DNA of 63,195 bases, counting the filler, from Pirum gemmata (Eukaryota): the NCBI GenBank assembly GCA_002812295.1. It is 24 parts of 24 records of this genome, joined end to end, with 100 filler letters (N's around TTAATTAATTAA, not from the genome) between each part and the next. Parts side by side here need not be neighbours in the genome. Positions count along the whole stretch, not along the records: positions 32,518 to 34,962 come from PDIN01006360.1; positions 35,063 to 37,506 come from PDIN01006361.1; positions 37,607 to 40,034 come from PDIN01006362.1; positions 40,135 to 42,578 come from PDIN01006363.1; positions 42,679 to 45,076 come from PDIN01006364.1; positions 45,177 to 47,619 come from PDIN01006365.1; 18 more parts are not named here. One strand, given 5' to 3'. The notes under the pieces are model-generated. The model saw only the letters and a list, made by a program, of their open reading frames with translations. It searched no databases and was not told where the DNA came from. Below are positions 33,685-47,284 of the stretch, piece by piece. Each line of letters begins with the position of its first letter. Within the stretch, counting starts at the first letter, position 1. A program made the translations under genes and the position numbers.

Positions 33685-34240
33685 ATTTGTGCAGCCTTTT
33701 GGTATCATTTAAGCATCCGATCGGCAATGACTAGCGGTTACCTTACTTAATCGATTGAATGGTGACCAAGTACCTGTTGATGAAAATACTCTGAAATAAT
33801 ACAGGAAGATACGGGAAAACATAATCGAATCAAACAGCTCGATCCTAATTATTAAATAGTGACAATTTTGAAATGATATTCATTTTTTTTCGAGTTTCAA
33901 GTTTTTTCTATGAAATTTCTAATTTCTAAGAATTTTTTAATGTAATCAAAAGTGAGTCAGTGTTTAAAATTAGATCGAAAAATTTCCAAAGTTTCGAACT
34001 AGTCTCGATTCGTTGGTTTTTCCCGCATCTTCCTGGCAGGGAAAGGCATATTAGATTAATAACTAAATTCGTGCTAATACTGTCAACGCTAATGCTAGAG
34101 TTATAAATCTGCATAAAAAATCTTAAGGGTTAGGGTTAGGGTTAGGGTTAGTTTAACGCTGGGGTAAAGTAAAGGTCTATTAGTTTGGTAATATTACCAA
34201 AGCTTGTACTACTAACGCTGAAAATGATAAAGTTACATAA
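33685..34240 (+). pseudogene. Degenerate tandem duplicate of the 3' end of the uridine phosphorylase gene, split by a MITE
   Basis: 33685-33801 copies 33240-33357; 34040-34240 copies 33358 onwards, including the TTAGGG array and 3' flank. Confidence 0.85.
33802..34035 (+). mobile_element. MITE family E (TIR CAGG(A/G)AGAT(A/G)CGGG)
   Basis: Inverted termini. Homologous copies at 36805-37038 (SAMHD1 intron, opposite orientation) and 59463-59601 (internally deleted). Confidence 0.8.
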
Positions 34241-35178
34241 TAATAATAAATAATAACAATAATAAAAATAAAAATAAATAAGTATATAAACAATAATAAT
34301 AAATAATAATAATAATAATAAACAATAATAATAAATAATAATATTAATAATAAATAATAATAATAATAAATAACAACATAAATAATAATAATAAATAATA
34401 AATAAATAATAATAAATAAATAAAGTTAATTTTTATTTGATACTTTGAAAGGGAAGATATGACGTCAGGTGTTTAATTTCATTATTCTTGCCCAACGATA
34501 GACTTCACTGAAAGTTGTAGATTTTTCGGGCCTGTTATAGCAGTACATTATTCAAGAAAAAACTCAAATATTTTGTAATAGACTAGTAGATTCGAAAATT
34601 TCTATATTTTCAATAAATTGGAAAATGTTAAAAAATGGTCAAAACATGTTTGATATTTTATATATAGAATTCACATCGAAATTTTTTCAGATTTTCGAAC
34701 ATATAACTATGATATCATATTCTACAATATTTTGCTAAATTTTGATTTTACACAATCAATGTATTTACCACATGTTGGGATTATATATATTTCAAGCCCC
34801 CCCCCCTCATAATTACTCGAAAATGTTTATAAATGTTCCAAAGTAGATTCGAAAATTTCTATATTTTCAAGTTTCATAATTACTAAATAAGTTCGAAAAT
34901 GTTAAAAATGTTGATATTTTACATATAGAATTCATATCGAATTTTTTTTCATATTTTCGAACNNNNNNNNNNNNNNNNNNNNNNNNNNNNNNNNNNNNNN
35001 NNNNNNTTAATTAATTAANNNNNNNNNNNNNNNNNNNNNNNNNNNNNNNNNNNNNNNNNNNNAATAAATAATAATAATACTAAAACTAAAACAAACAAAA
35101 TCGATCATAATCATCATCATCGCCATCATCATAATACTAATAATAATAACAATTATATAATAATAATAATACTAATAC

Positions 35179-35209
<31 letters not shown>

Positions 35210-35566
35210 AATCAAAATAAAAATAAAAATAGAAATAAAAATGATGACTATCATCTTCATCATAAGCTTCACGATGATCATCATCGTCATGTATTTTATT
35301 TTATTTTATTTTGTTTTGTTTTATTCTATTTTATTTTATTTTATTTTATTTTACTTTATTTTATTGTGGTTTTTTTTATTTTGTTTTATATATATATATA
35401 TTATATTTTCGGTTTGGTTTGTTTTATTTTATTTTATTTTGTTTTGTTATGTTATGTTTTGTTTGTATTTTATTATACTTTTATTTTGCTTTGTTTTGTA
35501 TTTTGGTTGGTGTGGCTTAATTATTATTATTATTATTATTATGTTTACTAATGTGATTAACCATAG

Positions 35567-37266
35567 GTCACGGGCCATTTAGTCATATGTTTGATGGCCC
35601 TTTTATAGATAAAGTTAAACCCGGGTTAAAGAATTCAAAAGGACAGCGTTGGGGTCACGAAGATATGTCAAAAAAACTACTTGACTATTTGGTTGAAAAA
35701 AATAACCTCAACATTTCCCTTGACAAAATTAGGTATCTATTTCTTTAACCTAATATTTATTATTATTATTGTTGTTGTTATTGTTGTTGTTGTTGTTGTT
35801 GTTGTTGCTGGTGGTGGTGGTGGTGGTGGTGGTGGTGGTAGTTATTGGTGTTGTTGTGGTAGTTGTTGTTGTAACAAAATAAAGTAAATAAAGTAAATAA
35901 ACAAATTAAACAAAAATAAACAAAAATAAACAAAAATAAACAAAAATAAACAAAAATAAACAAAAATAAACAAACAAACATAAACAAACATAAACAAAAT
36001 AATAATACCCTCAAAATATTAATACCCTCCTCCCCCCTCACCCCTGTTATGAATTTTAAAACACTTATACCAGGCGAAGTTACCCAACCCCAACCTCAAC
36101 CCTAACCCTAACACTAAATAACAAGTAACTTCTTCACACCCTCCCTATTGTAGATTTATTAAAGCACTGATAGCAGGCGAAGTTAACGAAGCGGATGAAG
36201 GTGATCGAAAAAAACCATTTTTATTTCAAATCGTAGCCAACCACACTAATAGTGTAGATGTGGACAAATTTGATTATCTTTGTCGTGATGGAAAATATTT
36301 AGGGTTTAATACTAATGGTTGTTTTATAACAAGATTAATAAACTCGAGTCGGGTTCTGCAGGGGGAAATTTGTTTTCGAAATAATACTGCGGCTGATATC
36401 TACAGTATGTTTCATACTAGGTTTTTGTTACATAAAAACGTTTATACACATAAAGCTAGTAAGTAACCTTAACCCTAACCTTAACCTAACCCTAATTCTA
36501 ACCCTCGCCCTAACTCTAACTCTAACTTTAACTCTAACTCTAACTCTAACCCTTCTCCTTACCCTTACCCTTACCCTTACCCTTACCCTAAAACTAGCCT
36601 AACCTAAACTTTAACCCAAAACCCTACCCTAACTAACTACAACTACTACTACTACCTCTACTACTTATTACCCACTACTACTGTCCACTACTAATTCTAG
36701 CTACTGCTACAACCTACTACTACCACTATGACCTACTACTACTACTACCTACTCGTGGTGCTCAGTCTGTAGTATTTTTCAATATTCATGCGGATTTGCG
36801 GACACGGGGAGATGCAGGAAACCCCATCGAATCGAGAATAGTTCAAAATTTTCGAAATTTTTCGATTTAATTTTAAGTATTGACTCACTTTTGATTTCAT
36901 TAAAAAATTCTTAAAAAATTCTTAGAAATTCTTAGAAATTTCATAGAAAAAACTTGAAACTCGAAAAGAAAAAAATATCATTTCAAATTTGTCACAATTT
37001 AATAATAAGAATCCAGCTGTTTGATTCGATTGTTTTTAACACCAACAACAACAACAATAATAATAATAATAATAATAATTAATAATAATACTTTTTCTAC
37101 CTTGTTTTTAGCAAAAGCTATGGAACGGATGATGGTAGATGCGATGGTAGCTGCCGATCCTGTATTAAACATAAGTGAAGCTATCGATAAACCTGAACTT
37201 TTTATTCATCTTAATGATGATATTGTTAATAGGATTCAAAGAGGAACTGATGTAAGATTAAAAAAG
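35567..37266 (+). CDS. SAMHD1: SAMHD1-like HD-domain dNTP triphosphohydrolase, internal exons (35567-35732, 36154-36458, 37112-37266)
   Basis: GHGPFSHMFD, W.HED.S, FLFQIVAN..NSVDVDKFDYLCRD and MFHTRFLLHKNVYTHK; exons join in phase at GT-AG sites. Confidence 0.9.
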
Positions 37267-37984
37267 GTAACAATAACAATAACAATAACAATAACAATAA
37301 CCATAATAATAGCAATAACAATAACAATTACAATTACAATTACAATTACAATTGCAATTACAATTACAATTACAATTACAATTACAATAACAATATTAAT
37401 AACAATATTAATAACAATAACAATAACAATAACAGTTACAATTACTATTACAATAGCAGTAACAATAACAATAACAATAACAATAACACTAACAATAACA
37501 ATAACANNNNNNNNNNNNNNNNNNNNNNNNNNNNNNNNNNNNNNNNNNNNTTAATTAATTAANNNNNNNNNNNNNNNNNNNNNNNNNNNNNNNNNNNNNN
37601 NNNNNNAAAAAAAAAAAAATAATAATAATAATAATATTAATAATTATTCTTATTCTTATTCTTATTATATTTTATTATTTATTTGCTCATTTAAAAATGC
37701 CAATTTAAAGGTTATAACCTACCAAATAAATATTCAGAGTGATAAAATAAATAAAGAGCAATATATTAATACATATTATTTAAAGACAATTGTAGAAGAT
37801 AAAGATGAATGTATTCGAACATTTATAAGTGAAGAAAGTTTTAACGAGGATTGTTTAAATTGGTCTGGGTTTTCAAAATTTATGTTTAATTAAAATACAT
37901 CCAGAAAATATAAATTATATTAATATTATTAATAAACGGTTAGAATTTGAGTTTGAAATTTATAATATTTTAAATTATAATCAC

Positions 37985-38706
37985 TTATGGATTTAGTATT
38001 GATGATAATTATGGAAATTTAGTTCATTATACATCTTAAAGTATCTGCATCCAAAGATTGTACACCTGCTAATAGTGGTAATATTATAAATGATGCTTAC
38101 GGTGGTACGAGTCTTTGTCCAAGACAATTAACAATTAGCGATTGTAAACCAACAGATTATTGATTTAGTATTGATGATAATTATGGAAATTTAATTCATT
38201 TTCCTAAACCTTATACACAAGATGATTGTAAAATATCTGATGCATTGAAAAGAATTACTGATCCTTATGGAAACGCTATCAATTGTTTAAAACAAACAAC
38301 TATAGCTGATTATAAACCATCTGATCGAGGGTTTACAATTGACGATAACTATGGTAATTTAATTCAATGTCCAGGAATTAAACAAAATATTTGTAATGAT
38401 TCAGGTAAAGCTGGATTTAAATTTACTGTTGGTTTTGGAACAGGAACTAGTATCGTTATTAATACTTGCCCACCGAAAAAGACCGAACTTGATTGTACTT
38501 TAGCAGATGCTGGATACTCTATTAGTGATAATTACGGTGGAATTATTAAATGTCCTAAAACTGGAATGGGTCGTGGTACTTCAAAAAATCTTAAACCCAG
38601 ATGTACACTAGCAGTACAAGGTTCTTCCATTATGGTAAACGGTACGTTTATTACATGCCCAAAACAAAAAACTAAAGCCGATTGTATAATAAATTGGGAA
38701 TTTTAA
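37985..38706 (+). pseudogene. Cys-rich repeat protein with G(F/Y)SIDDNYGNLIxCP...DC units, disrupted
   Basis: At least six related units. A TGA replaces Gly at about 38161, and there is a frameshift upstream of the 153-aa ORF. Confidence 0.6.
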
Positions 38707-39080
38707 GTGAAAGATTTATTGAGGTAAATTGGCACTAAAACAGACTTAAAAGCAGATAAGTACCAGCTTCGTTTTTATTGTTCTTGGTTTTTTTTTTTGT
38801 TTTTTTTTGTTTTTTTTTGTTTTTTTAGTTTTGTGTTGATTTTTTTTATCAAAGACTCCATTTCTTTTTCCTGGGGTCTTTGCTTTTTATTCAACTTTTC
38901 CACAAAAGTGATCGAAAATTCGAATATAATTATTCCTTATTCTCGAAATTTCAGCTCCTCAAAATTGAAATTCGAGCGTAAACCAACTTTTACCTAGGCT
39001 CGAATACCGATCTATCAAACCTAACTAATGTATAGGTTTGACTTTTTAGGATTCCAGTTCCTATTTAGTTTATTAGTCCC

Positions 39081-39720
39081 AAACCAATTTTATTTAGGTT
39101 CGAACATCAATCTATATTTCAATTATATTTGAAAATTATCAAACCTAACTTAATAAGGTTCGACTGAACACGAACTTCAAAATTTCGTTTCGGATAAAAA
39201 ATAAATTCTGAAACAAAATTATCTCCCAAACCAATTTAGGTTCGAACATCAATCTATATTTCGATCATGTTTGAAAATTATCAAATCTAACTAATGTATA
39301 CTATACTACATGAACACGAACTTCAAAATTTCGTTTCGGATAAAAAATAAATTCTGAAACAAAATTATCTCCCAAACCAATTTTATTTAGCTTCGAACAT
39401 CAATCTATATTTCGATTATATTTGAAAATTACCAAACCTAACTAATGTTCAAGGTTCGACTATACTATACTACATGAACACGATCGGATAAAAAATAAAT
39501 TCTGCAACAAAATAATCTCCAAACCAATTTTATTTAGGTTCGAACATCAATCTATATTTCGATCATGTTTGAAAATGATCAAACCTAACTAATGTATAAG
39601 GTTCTAACTAAAGTATAAGGTTAGACTATACTATACTACATGAACACGAACTTCATAATTTCGTTTCGGATAAAATATAAATTCTGAAACAAACTTATCT
39701 CAAACCACATTTACCTAAAT
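39081..39720. repeat. Tandem satellite, about 147-bp unit, 4-5 copies
   Basis: AAACCA anchors at 39081, 39228, 39374, 39521 and 39702. Confidence 0.9.
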
Positions 39721-40459
39721 TAAAACACAGCAATATAACTAGACCATACTTGAAGATTCTTCGAACCTAACTGACATATAGGTTTGACTATGATATATTA
39801 TTACCCAACTTTGATAGCTTCGTGAACTTCAAATTTTCGTTTAGGATTAGCCAGAAAATCGGAAACAAATTTATCGTCTAAACTAACATAAACGTCCGCT
39901 TCTTTAACTGTTTCAGAAATATCAGGCCCCAAAGGCCATGTTGTGTGAAAGCCAGGAGTAACGGGACTTTCCACAGATAGTTCCAGATGTTTATATGTAA
40001 AAATGATCTTTTTAAAATTATGACCAAAAGTGAGNNNNNNNNNNNNNNNNNNNNNNNNNNNNNNNNNNNNNNNNNNNNTTAATTAATTAANNNNNNNNNN
40101 NNNNNNNNNNNNNNNNNNNNNNNNNNNNNNNNNNTTGTGGTAGTTAATTGTGTATGTATTTTTTTCACAAATTTATATATAATCAATAAACGAAATGTCA
40201 ACAAAAAAAAAAAATCGGTAAATAGTCTAGTAAAAACGAAAATTTCCTTTAAAATGTACTTTTAAAGTAACAGAAAACCCAAATTTGTAAAATTAACCAT
40301 TTTAGGTTATTATTTATGGTGTAATACTCCATTTCGTGGTAGTTAATTGTGTATGTATTTTTTTCACAAATTTATGTAAAATCAATAAACGAAATGTCAA
40401 TAAAAAAAAAATCGGTAATAATTTATATATTTAGACTATATAAAAAAATGTCAATAAAA

Positions 40460-41525
40460 AAAACATCGGTAATAATCTATTTATTTAGACTATATAAAAA
40501 AACAAAACCAGAAACCCCCAAGACTTTACAAGTATTTTACTCCCATCAAAATATACTCTTTCTTCATGGAATAGTATTTATCAAAGTGGATATGGGAATT
40601 ATTATGATAATATTCCTATAAAAAGTGAATGGTATACGTTGTTATAAAAATTGGGAGAAGTAGTATAAGGTTTTTTTGGTAATAATTTATATGTTTAGAC
40701 TATATAAAAAAACAAAACCAGAAACCCCCAAGACTTTACAAGTATTTTACTCCATCAAAATATACTTTTTCTTCATGGAATAGTATTCATCAAAGTGGAT
40801 ATAGAAATTATTATGATGATAATATTCCTATAAAAATTGAATGGTATACGTTGTTAGAGAAATTGGGAGGAATAGTATAAGGCTTTTTTGGTGATAATTT
40901 ATATATTTGGATTATATAAAAACAAAACCAGAAACCCCCAAGGCTACAAGTATTTTACTCCATCAAAGTATACTCTTTCTTCATGGAATAGTATCCATCA
41001 AAGTGAATATATGAATTATTATGATAATGTTCCTATAAAAAGTGAATGATATACGTTGTTAGAAAAATTGGGAGAAATAGTATAAGGTTTTTTTTGGTAA
41101 TAATTTATATATTTAGAATATATAAAAAAACAAAACCAGAAACCCCGAAGACTTTACAAGTATTTTACTCCCATCAAAATACACTCTTTCTTCATGGAAT
41201 AGTATTCATCAAAGTGAATTTATGAATTATTATGATAGTATTCCTATAAAAAGTGAATGGTATACGTTATTAGAAAAATTAGGAGAAATAGTATAAGGTT
41301 TTTTTGGTAATAAATTGTATATTTAAACTATATAAAAACAAAACCAGAAACTCCCAAGACTACAATTATTTTACTCCCATCAATATATATACTCTTTCTT
41401 CATGGATTAGTATTATTATGATAATAATCCTATAAAAAGTGAATAGTGTAAGGTTGTAATAATTTATATATTTAGACTGTAAAGAAACAAAACCGGAAGC
41501 CCAAGACTTTATATGTATTTTATTT
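40460..41525. repeat. Tandem satellite, about 210-bp unit, about 5 copies
   Basis: AAACCAGAAAC anchors near 40505, 40715, 40925, 41133 and 41341. Confidence 0.9.
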
Positions 41526-43364
41526 CTACTTAATCATAGACTATACTGAAAAAAATAGCGAAAAATAACATAATTGAATTATACAAATATTACTTCAAAA
41601 AACAATCAGATTCTTTTATTTTTATATTCTTGCAAATGCTTATAATAGCATTAACATTATACTTCCACTACTACTTAATACTAATAATAAGAAAACAAAT
41701 GATTTTTAGAGTCTTAGCGTTAGGTAGGTTTTCCCCTTGATTATAAAAATACTATGTAGGCAGGGTTTAAAGGTTGGTTGTTCGTGTTTGTTTCACAGTG
41801 TTTGTTTGTTGGTATTGTTATTGGTTGGTATTAATATAGTTAGTTAGTATTATTATAGTTGGTTGGTCGGTTGGTTGGTATTGTTATTGGTTGGTTGGTA
41901 TTGTTATTGGTTGGTTGGTATTGTTATTGGTTGGTTGGTATTGTTATTGGTTGGTTGGTATTGTTATTGGTTGGTTGGTATTGGTATTGGTTGGTTGGTA
42001 TTGTTATTGGTTGGTTAGATGGTACTGTTATTGGCTGGATGATTGGTATTGTTATTGGTTGGTACTGTTATTGGCTGGCTGGTTGGTATTATTATTGGTT
42101 GATTAGTTGGTATTGTTATTGGTTGATATTGATAAAGTTGATTGGTATGGTATTGTTATAGGTTGATTAGTTAGGTTTCCCCAATCCTGTAGGTAACCTC
42201 GAAATTATGAATGCACATATGCAAGCAAAAGTTTTTAATTCGAAAAAACAATTTCGAACCTATCAAAAATAACACTTAGAAAATTTATGCTCGAAATTTT
42301 GTTGAAATCGAAATTTCCTGCAGAATCCTATGGTTGGTTCGTTGGTTGATGCCAAAACTCTTTATTGATTTTTTTAATTAACATGTTTTCTATTTTATTT
42401 TTTACAGCTTTCACTATTACCCAGTTACAACTTGAAATTTAACACTACATTGCTAATTTGACTTATTTTAATTTTTCTTAAAACGTCTTTATTATATATA
42501 TATATATAGACCAAGGACCGAAAAATCCAAATCTGGTTCCATATATATAGATATAACTAGGTGGGAGGGAGGATGTAGNNNNNNNNNNNNNNNNNNNNNN
42601 NNNNNNNNNNNNNNNNNNNNNNTTAATTAATTAANNNNNNNNNNNNNNNNNNNNNNNNNNNNNNNNNNNNNNNNNNNNTATTATTATTATTATTATAGCT
42701 GTCACTGGAAATGACGTAAAAGTTGTTGCTACGTAAAATATTCACTATTTGGAAAGCAGTTTACAAACCGCTCAGACATAGTGCAAAGACTCACGGAGTC
42801 TTTGGACTCTTTGCACACAGACAACATTTAAAAATACATATATGAAAATATTACGTCATAAAAAAGTAGTACTATTACTCCAGCATTCCCTTATCATACA
42901 TAGGTCAGTATCATAGCCTTCATAGGTCAACTAGAAATGTTGATCTGGCTAATAAAAGAGTGTTAGGGAGGGGAAACAAGACGTCATTTTTATAAACTCG
43001 TCGTAGCCTATTTTTTTAACTTCGAAAAGTTGCTTGAGTAATTATTACCTAATTAACTCAAATTGTGACAATTATAACTAAATAAAGTATCACAATACTT
43101 ATATTTGTTAAAATAGATTTCGAATAATCGAGCGCTTTCTGATCGAAAAATATCTAATCCCCCTTAAGGAGTCCTTGAAAATTGAAACATGTGGAAGTCT
43201 GTGGAAGTTAGATCGAAAAAAAAAAACTTCTAAAGAACGTGTGATTTTTTTTATTTTTTATATATTAATTTTTTTATAGTCTATCATTTATAAAAATCGA
43301 TTCATTATTGACTGGTATAATAATAATAATTATCATTATCATTATCATAATCATTATTTTTATA

Positions 43365-43408
<44 letters not shown>

Positions 43409-44315
43409 TACTATTACTATTATTATTATTGTTGTTGTTGTTGTTGTTGATGTTATTGTTGTAATAATTCAGTTGTGATCAAAATAATTACCTAGCCATT
43501 TTTTTTTTCTCTTTCCAACCTACGTCTACCATATTAGTTTGTAATTTGAAGTGCTGTGTTGTTTTTGACTTGCTGTCTTGTTGTGTTATGTTGATGAGTG
43601 GTAAAAACAAAATTTAATTAATTAATTATTTAATATCACAATTATCCAATATGTTGTGTTATGTTGTTGTTGTGTTATTGTTGTGTTAATGTTGTGTCTG
43701 TTGTGTTGATGTTGTGTTGATGTTGTGTTTGTTGTGTTGTGTATGTTGTGTTGATGTTGTGTGTGTTGTGTTGATGTTGTGTTGTGTTGTGTTGTTGCTG
43801 TGTTTGTTGTGTTGATGTTGGGTTTGATGTATTGATGTTATATGTGTGTTGTATTGAAGCTGTGTTGTGTTGTATTGTTGCTGTGTTTGTTGTGTTTGTT
43901 TTGTTTGTTGTGTTGATGTTGTGTTATGTTTGTTGTGTTGTTGTTGTGTTGTGTTGTGTTGTGTTGATGCTGTGTTGTGTTGTTGTGTTTGTTGTGTTTG
44001 TTGTGTTGATGTTGTGTTGTGTTGTGTTGTGTTGTGTTGTGTTGTGTTGTGTTGATGCTGTGTTTGTTGTGTTTGTTGTGTTTGTTGTGTTTGTTGTGTT
44101 TGTTGTATGTGTGTGTTTGTTGTGTTTGTTGTGTTTGTTGTGTTTGTTGTGTTTGTTGTGTTTGTTGTGTTTGTTGTGNNNNNNNNNNNNNNNNNNNNNN
44201 NNNNNNNNNNNNNNNNNNNNNNNNNNNNNNNNNNNNNNNNNNNNNNNNNNNNNNNNNNNNNNNNNNNNNNNNNNNNNNNNNNNNNNNNNNNNNNNNNNNN
44301 NNNNNNNNNNNNNNN

Positions 44316-44426
<111 letters not shown>

Positions 44427-44874
44427 TATGATAGGCCGGGTCTATGCAATAATATTATTATAAGTATAATTATTATTATCATAATAATAATAATAATAAT
44501 ATGAATTTATGATAGTAGACTCTACTAGCTAGCGAGTAGCTCTCTAGCTACCTACTAGCTAGCTACCTACTAGCTAGTAGAATAATAAATAAAAAGAATC
44601 AAGGCAAAAAGCTGCTAGTCCTAGCTAGCAAAAAGCCTAGAGCAAAAAGCTGGCAAAAAGTTTGTGCCTTTTCCTATTTTTTAAAAATTACCACAATAGG
44701 ATTAATTAATTATGAAATCCTTTTTTATATAGCTAATTAACATTTTATGCTACAATATTTTGTAATGATATAAAATTACAACACCCCAAAATGTTTTTTA
44801 AATTATTATTTTGTTTTTTTAGTTTTACAAATTTGGCAGAGGCGATAATAAATAGCTAGCTAGAAGCTAGTTAG

Positions 44875-45076
44875 CTAACCCTAACCCTAACCCTAACCCT
44901 AACTAACCCTAACCCTAACTCTAACCCTAACCCCTAGCTAGACCCTAACTAACCTTAACCCTAACCCTAACTAACAGCTCCCTAACCCTAACCCTAACTA
45001 ACAGTTCTCTAACCCTAACCCTAACCCTAACCTAACCCTAACACTAACCCTAACCCTAACCTAACCCTAACCCTAA
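44875..45076 (+). repeat. Degenerate (CCCTAA)n array at a contig end
   Basis: Hexamer repeats. The orientation (C-rich strand running towards the 3' contig end) is not that of a true right telomere. Confidence 0.85.
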
Positions 45077-45693
45077 NNNNNNNNNNNNNNNNNNNNNNNN
45101 NNNNNNNNNNNNNNNNNNNNTTAATTAATTAANNNNNNNNNNNNNNNNNNNNNNNNNNNNNNNNNNNNNNNNNNNNTAATAATAATAATAATCTCTTTTT
45201 ATTAAGGTTTTATCTCCAATTTAAGTAAATTTAATTAAAAAAAATACTTTAAAATTAAAAAAAACTTAACGAAATCAATAAATTAACGCTTAATTCATCA
45301 CGTTATATCAATTAGTAAAGTATTCTCCGTTTTTAAGCTGTAGTCAATGGAGAACCTACTTATATGTATGTAGACTAAATAACTTGAGTGATTCGCCTTC
45401 TAATCAAATATTGAAGATTTTTAATACATGTCTACTTTCAGTAGTCAAAATTTAACTTTCAGCCAATTAACCAACTTTAGAACTTAATTATATGTATTAG
45501 AAATATGTATATAAAGTTTGAAGCAATTATATATTTTATATTGAATATTTTTTATATTATAATATCGATATCCTTACTTTAATTAAGTAATCAAATACAT
45601 ACATACATACATACATAACATTATGCTATAATTATGTTATACTTTTATAGATAATATTATGTATGTATATTTTATATCCTTATAGTATTGAAG

Positions 45694-46219
45694 TTACAAA
45701 GCTGCATAAGAAACAATTCTATTTTGAAAGTTACTTAGGAAAAAACAAATTCGTATAATGTCAGTATACATAATTATATCACCTAACTGAAAGGTTAAAA
45801 TTTGATTTTTTTTAGCAACAGCAATAATTCGTTCAACATGACATTGTATTCTGCTTTTTGCAACCTTTTTGCTAGTTTTAACTTGGCTTACGGCAATTTG
45901 TATACCACGTTTAGCTTTTGGGGGCATGTTATACACAATAGTTTCAGGCATTAATTTTTCGATTTCAAAACCCTTGTCAGCCATAACACCACTGTTTTTC
46001 CATAATTTTATAAATGCTGGGTTTTCATACAGTTTTGTAATATCTTTGTCAGAAATTTTACCACCATACCAAGGCGATGCTTAATATACATGGCCAACAC
46101 TTGTCATGGCTACTAAAATTTTGAATGTATTATCATGCTTGTACTCACACCAACTGGCTCTTTGAAATTCACGAGAGGAAGGAGTAAAAAATAAAAAACT
46201 CAATGCAATCAAGGATTGA
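45694..46219 (-). pseudogene. ISL2EU/PIF-Harbinger-type DDE transposase (DDE_Tnp_4) remnant
   Basis: ILDCIEF...TPSS..FQRASWCEYKHDNTFKILVA...VY*ASPWYGGKISDK...VMADKGF...PP...VAKSRIQCHVERII, with an in-frame TAA at 46081-46083. Confidence 0.9.
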
Positions 46220-46347
46220 AGCTATATATACAATATAACAATATATACAATATAACAAAGACTCCATGAAAGTCTTTGAATATAACCAAAAATGGCATGT
46301 AAATTAATATTTATAAATAATGAAAAAATATATAAAAAAATATAATA

Positions 46348-46378
<31 letters not shown>

Positions 46379-46662
46379 AAAATTTCTATTGTTATTTTAT
46401 TATTATTAATTATTATTTATTTGTTTATTTAGTATTTATATTATTATTATTATCACTATGTCAAAGAAAAAACTAGAGCTTTCTGCTCAAGTTAATGTTC
46501 ATTCTTAGTAGCTAAACTATGAACTCTATGAACCCATGCTCCAACACTATCATCATATCACCATGATCATCGTCGTCATGCTATCATCATAATCATTATC
46601 GATAGTTAACGTTGTCGTTGTTATAATATTACCGTTATCATCATCATCACCATTGCCATAAC

Positions 46663-46716
<54 letters not shown>

Positions 46717-47024
46717 TATCACCATCATCATCGTATACTCGATGAAAAAAAAAAAACAAAAAAAAAAAAAAAAAAAAAAAACAAAAAAAAAAAAAACTGA
46801 ATACCTTTTTCTAGATTGCCAATTTAATGGCTTATATAGCAATCTAAAAGCTTATAATTTTCACCTGATAGAGTCAGATGGTGGGGGCCTCCAGTATTTT
46901 CTGTGTCATTATGATTCCTGACTTCTATCGAAGAATAAATGACGTCCTTTATGAATGTTCCCTAACTTCCTAATATCATTTTTATAAAAATTTAATTTAA
47001 TAATATCATAATAATAATACATCC

Positions 47025-47284
47025 AGTAGGGGTGAGATATCTACTGGAACTTTTTTCGAACAGATGCTTATAGAACCAACCTTAGTTCCGTGTTTTTACT
47101 AATAATAGCAGTTAAATAGCTTAAAATAGTAATAGCAGTTAAATAGCTTAAAATAGTAAATGTAATTATAATAGATACCAATTAAAGTAATAATAATAGC
47201 ATTAATAGTAATAATAACCATAAAAATTGGAAAAGTTCCGGCAGCTGTTCGGTAATAATAGAATGACGTCATCTCACCCCTACT
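47025..47284 (+). mobile_element. MITE family C with 8-bp TSD ATACATCC
   Basis: TIR AGTAGGGGTGAGAT; direct repeats at 47017-47024 and 47285-47292. Confidence 0.95.

Noticed and set aside
6864..37266. Apparent defence or virus island (viral ATPase, PPR array, SAMHD1)
   Set aside because: The genes lie on different contigs joined artificially, so no linkage can be inferred.
39081..41525. 147-bp and 210-bp arrays as CRISPR-like or coding repeats
   Set aside because: Whole units are repeated with no spacers, no cas genes and no sustained ORF.
44875..45076. Telomere-like arrays at contig ends as true chromosome ends
   Set aside because: They are degenerate, too numerous, sometimes in the wrong orientation and often adjacent to splice sites; contigs simply break at them.
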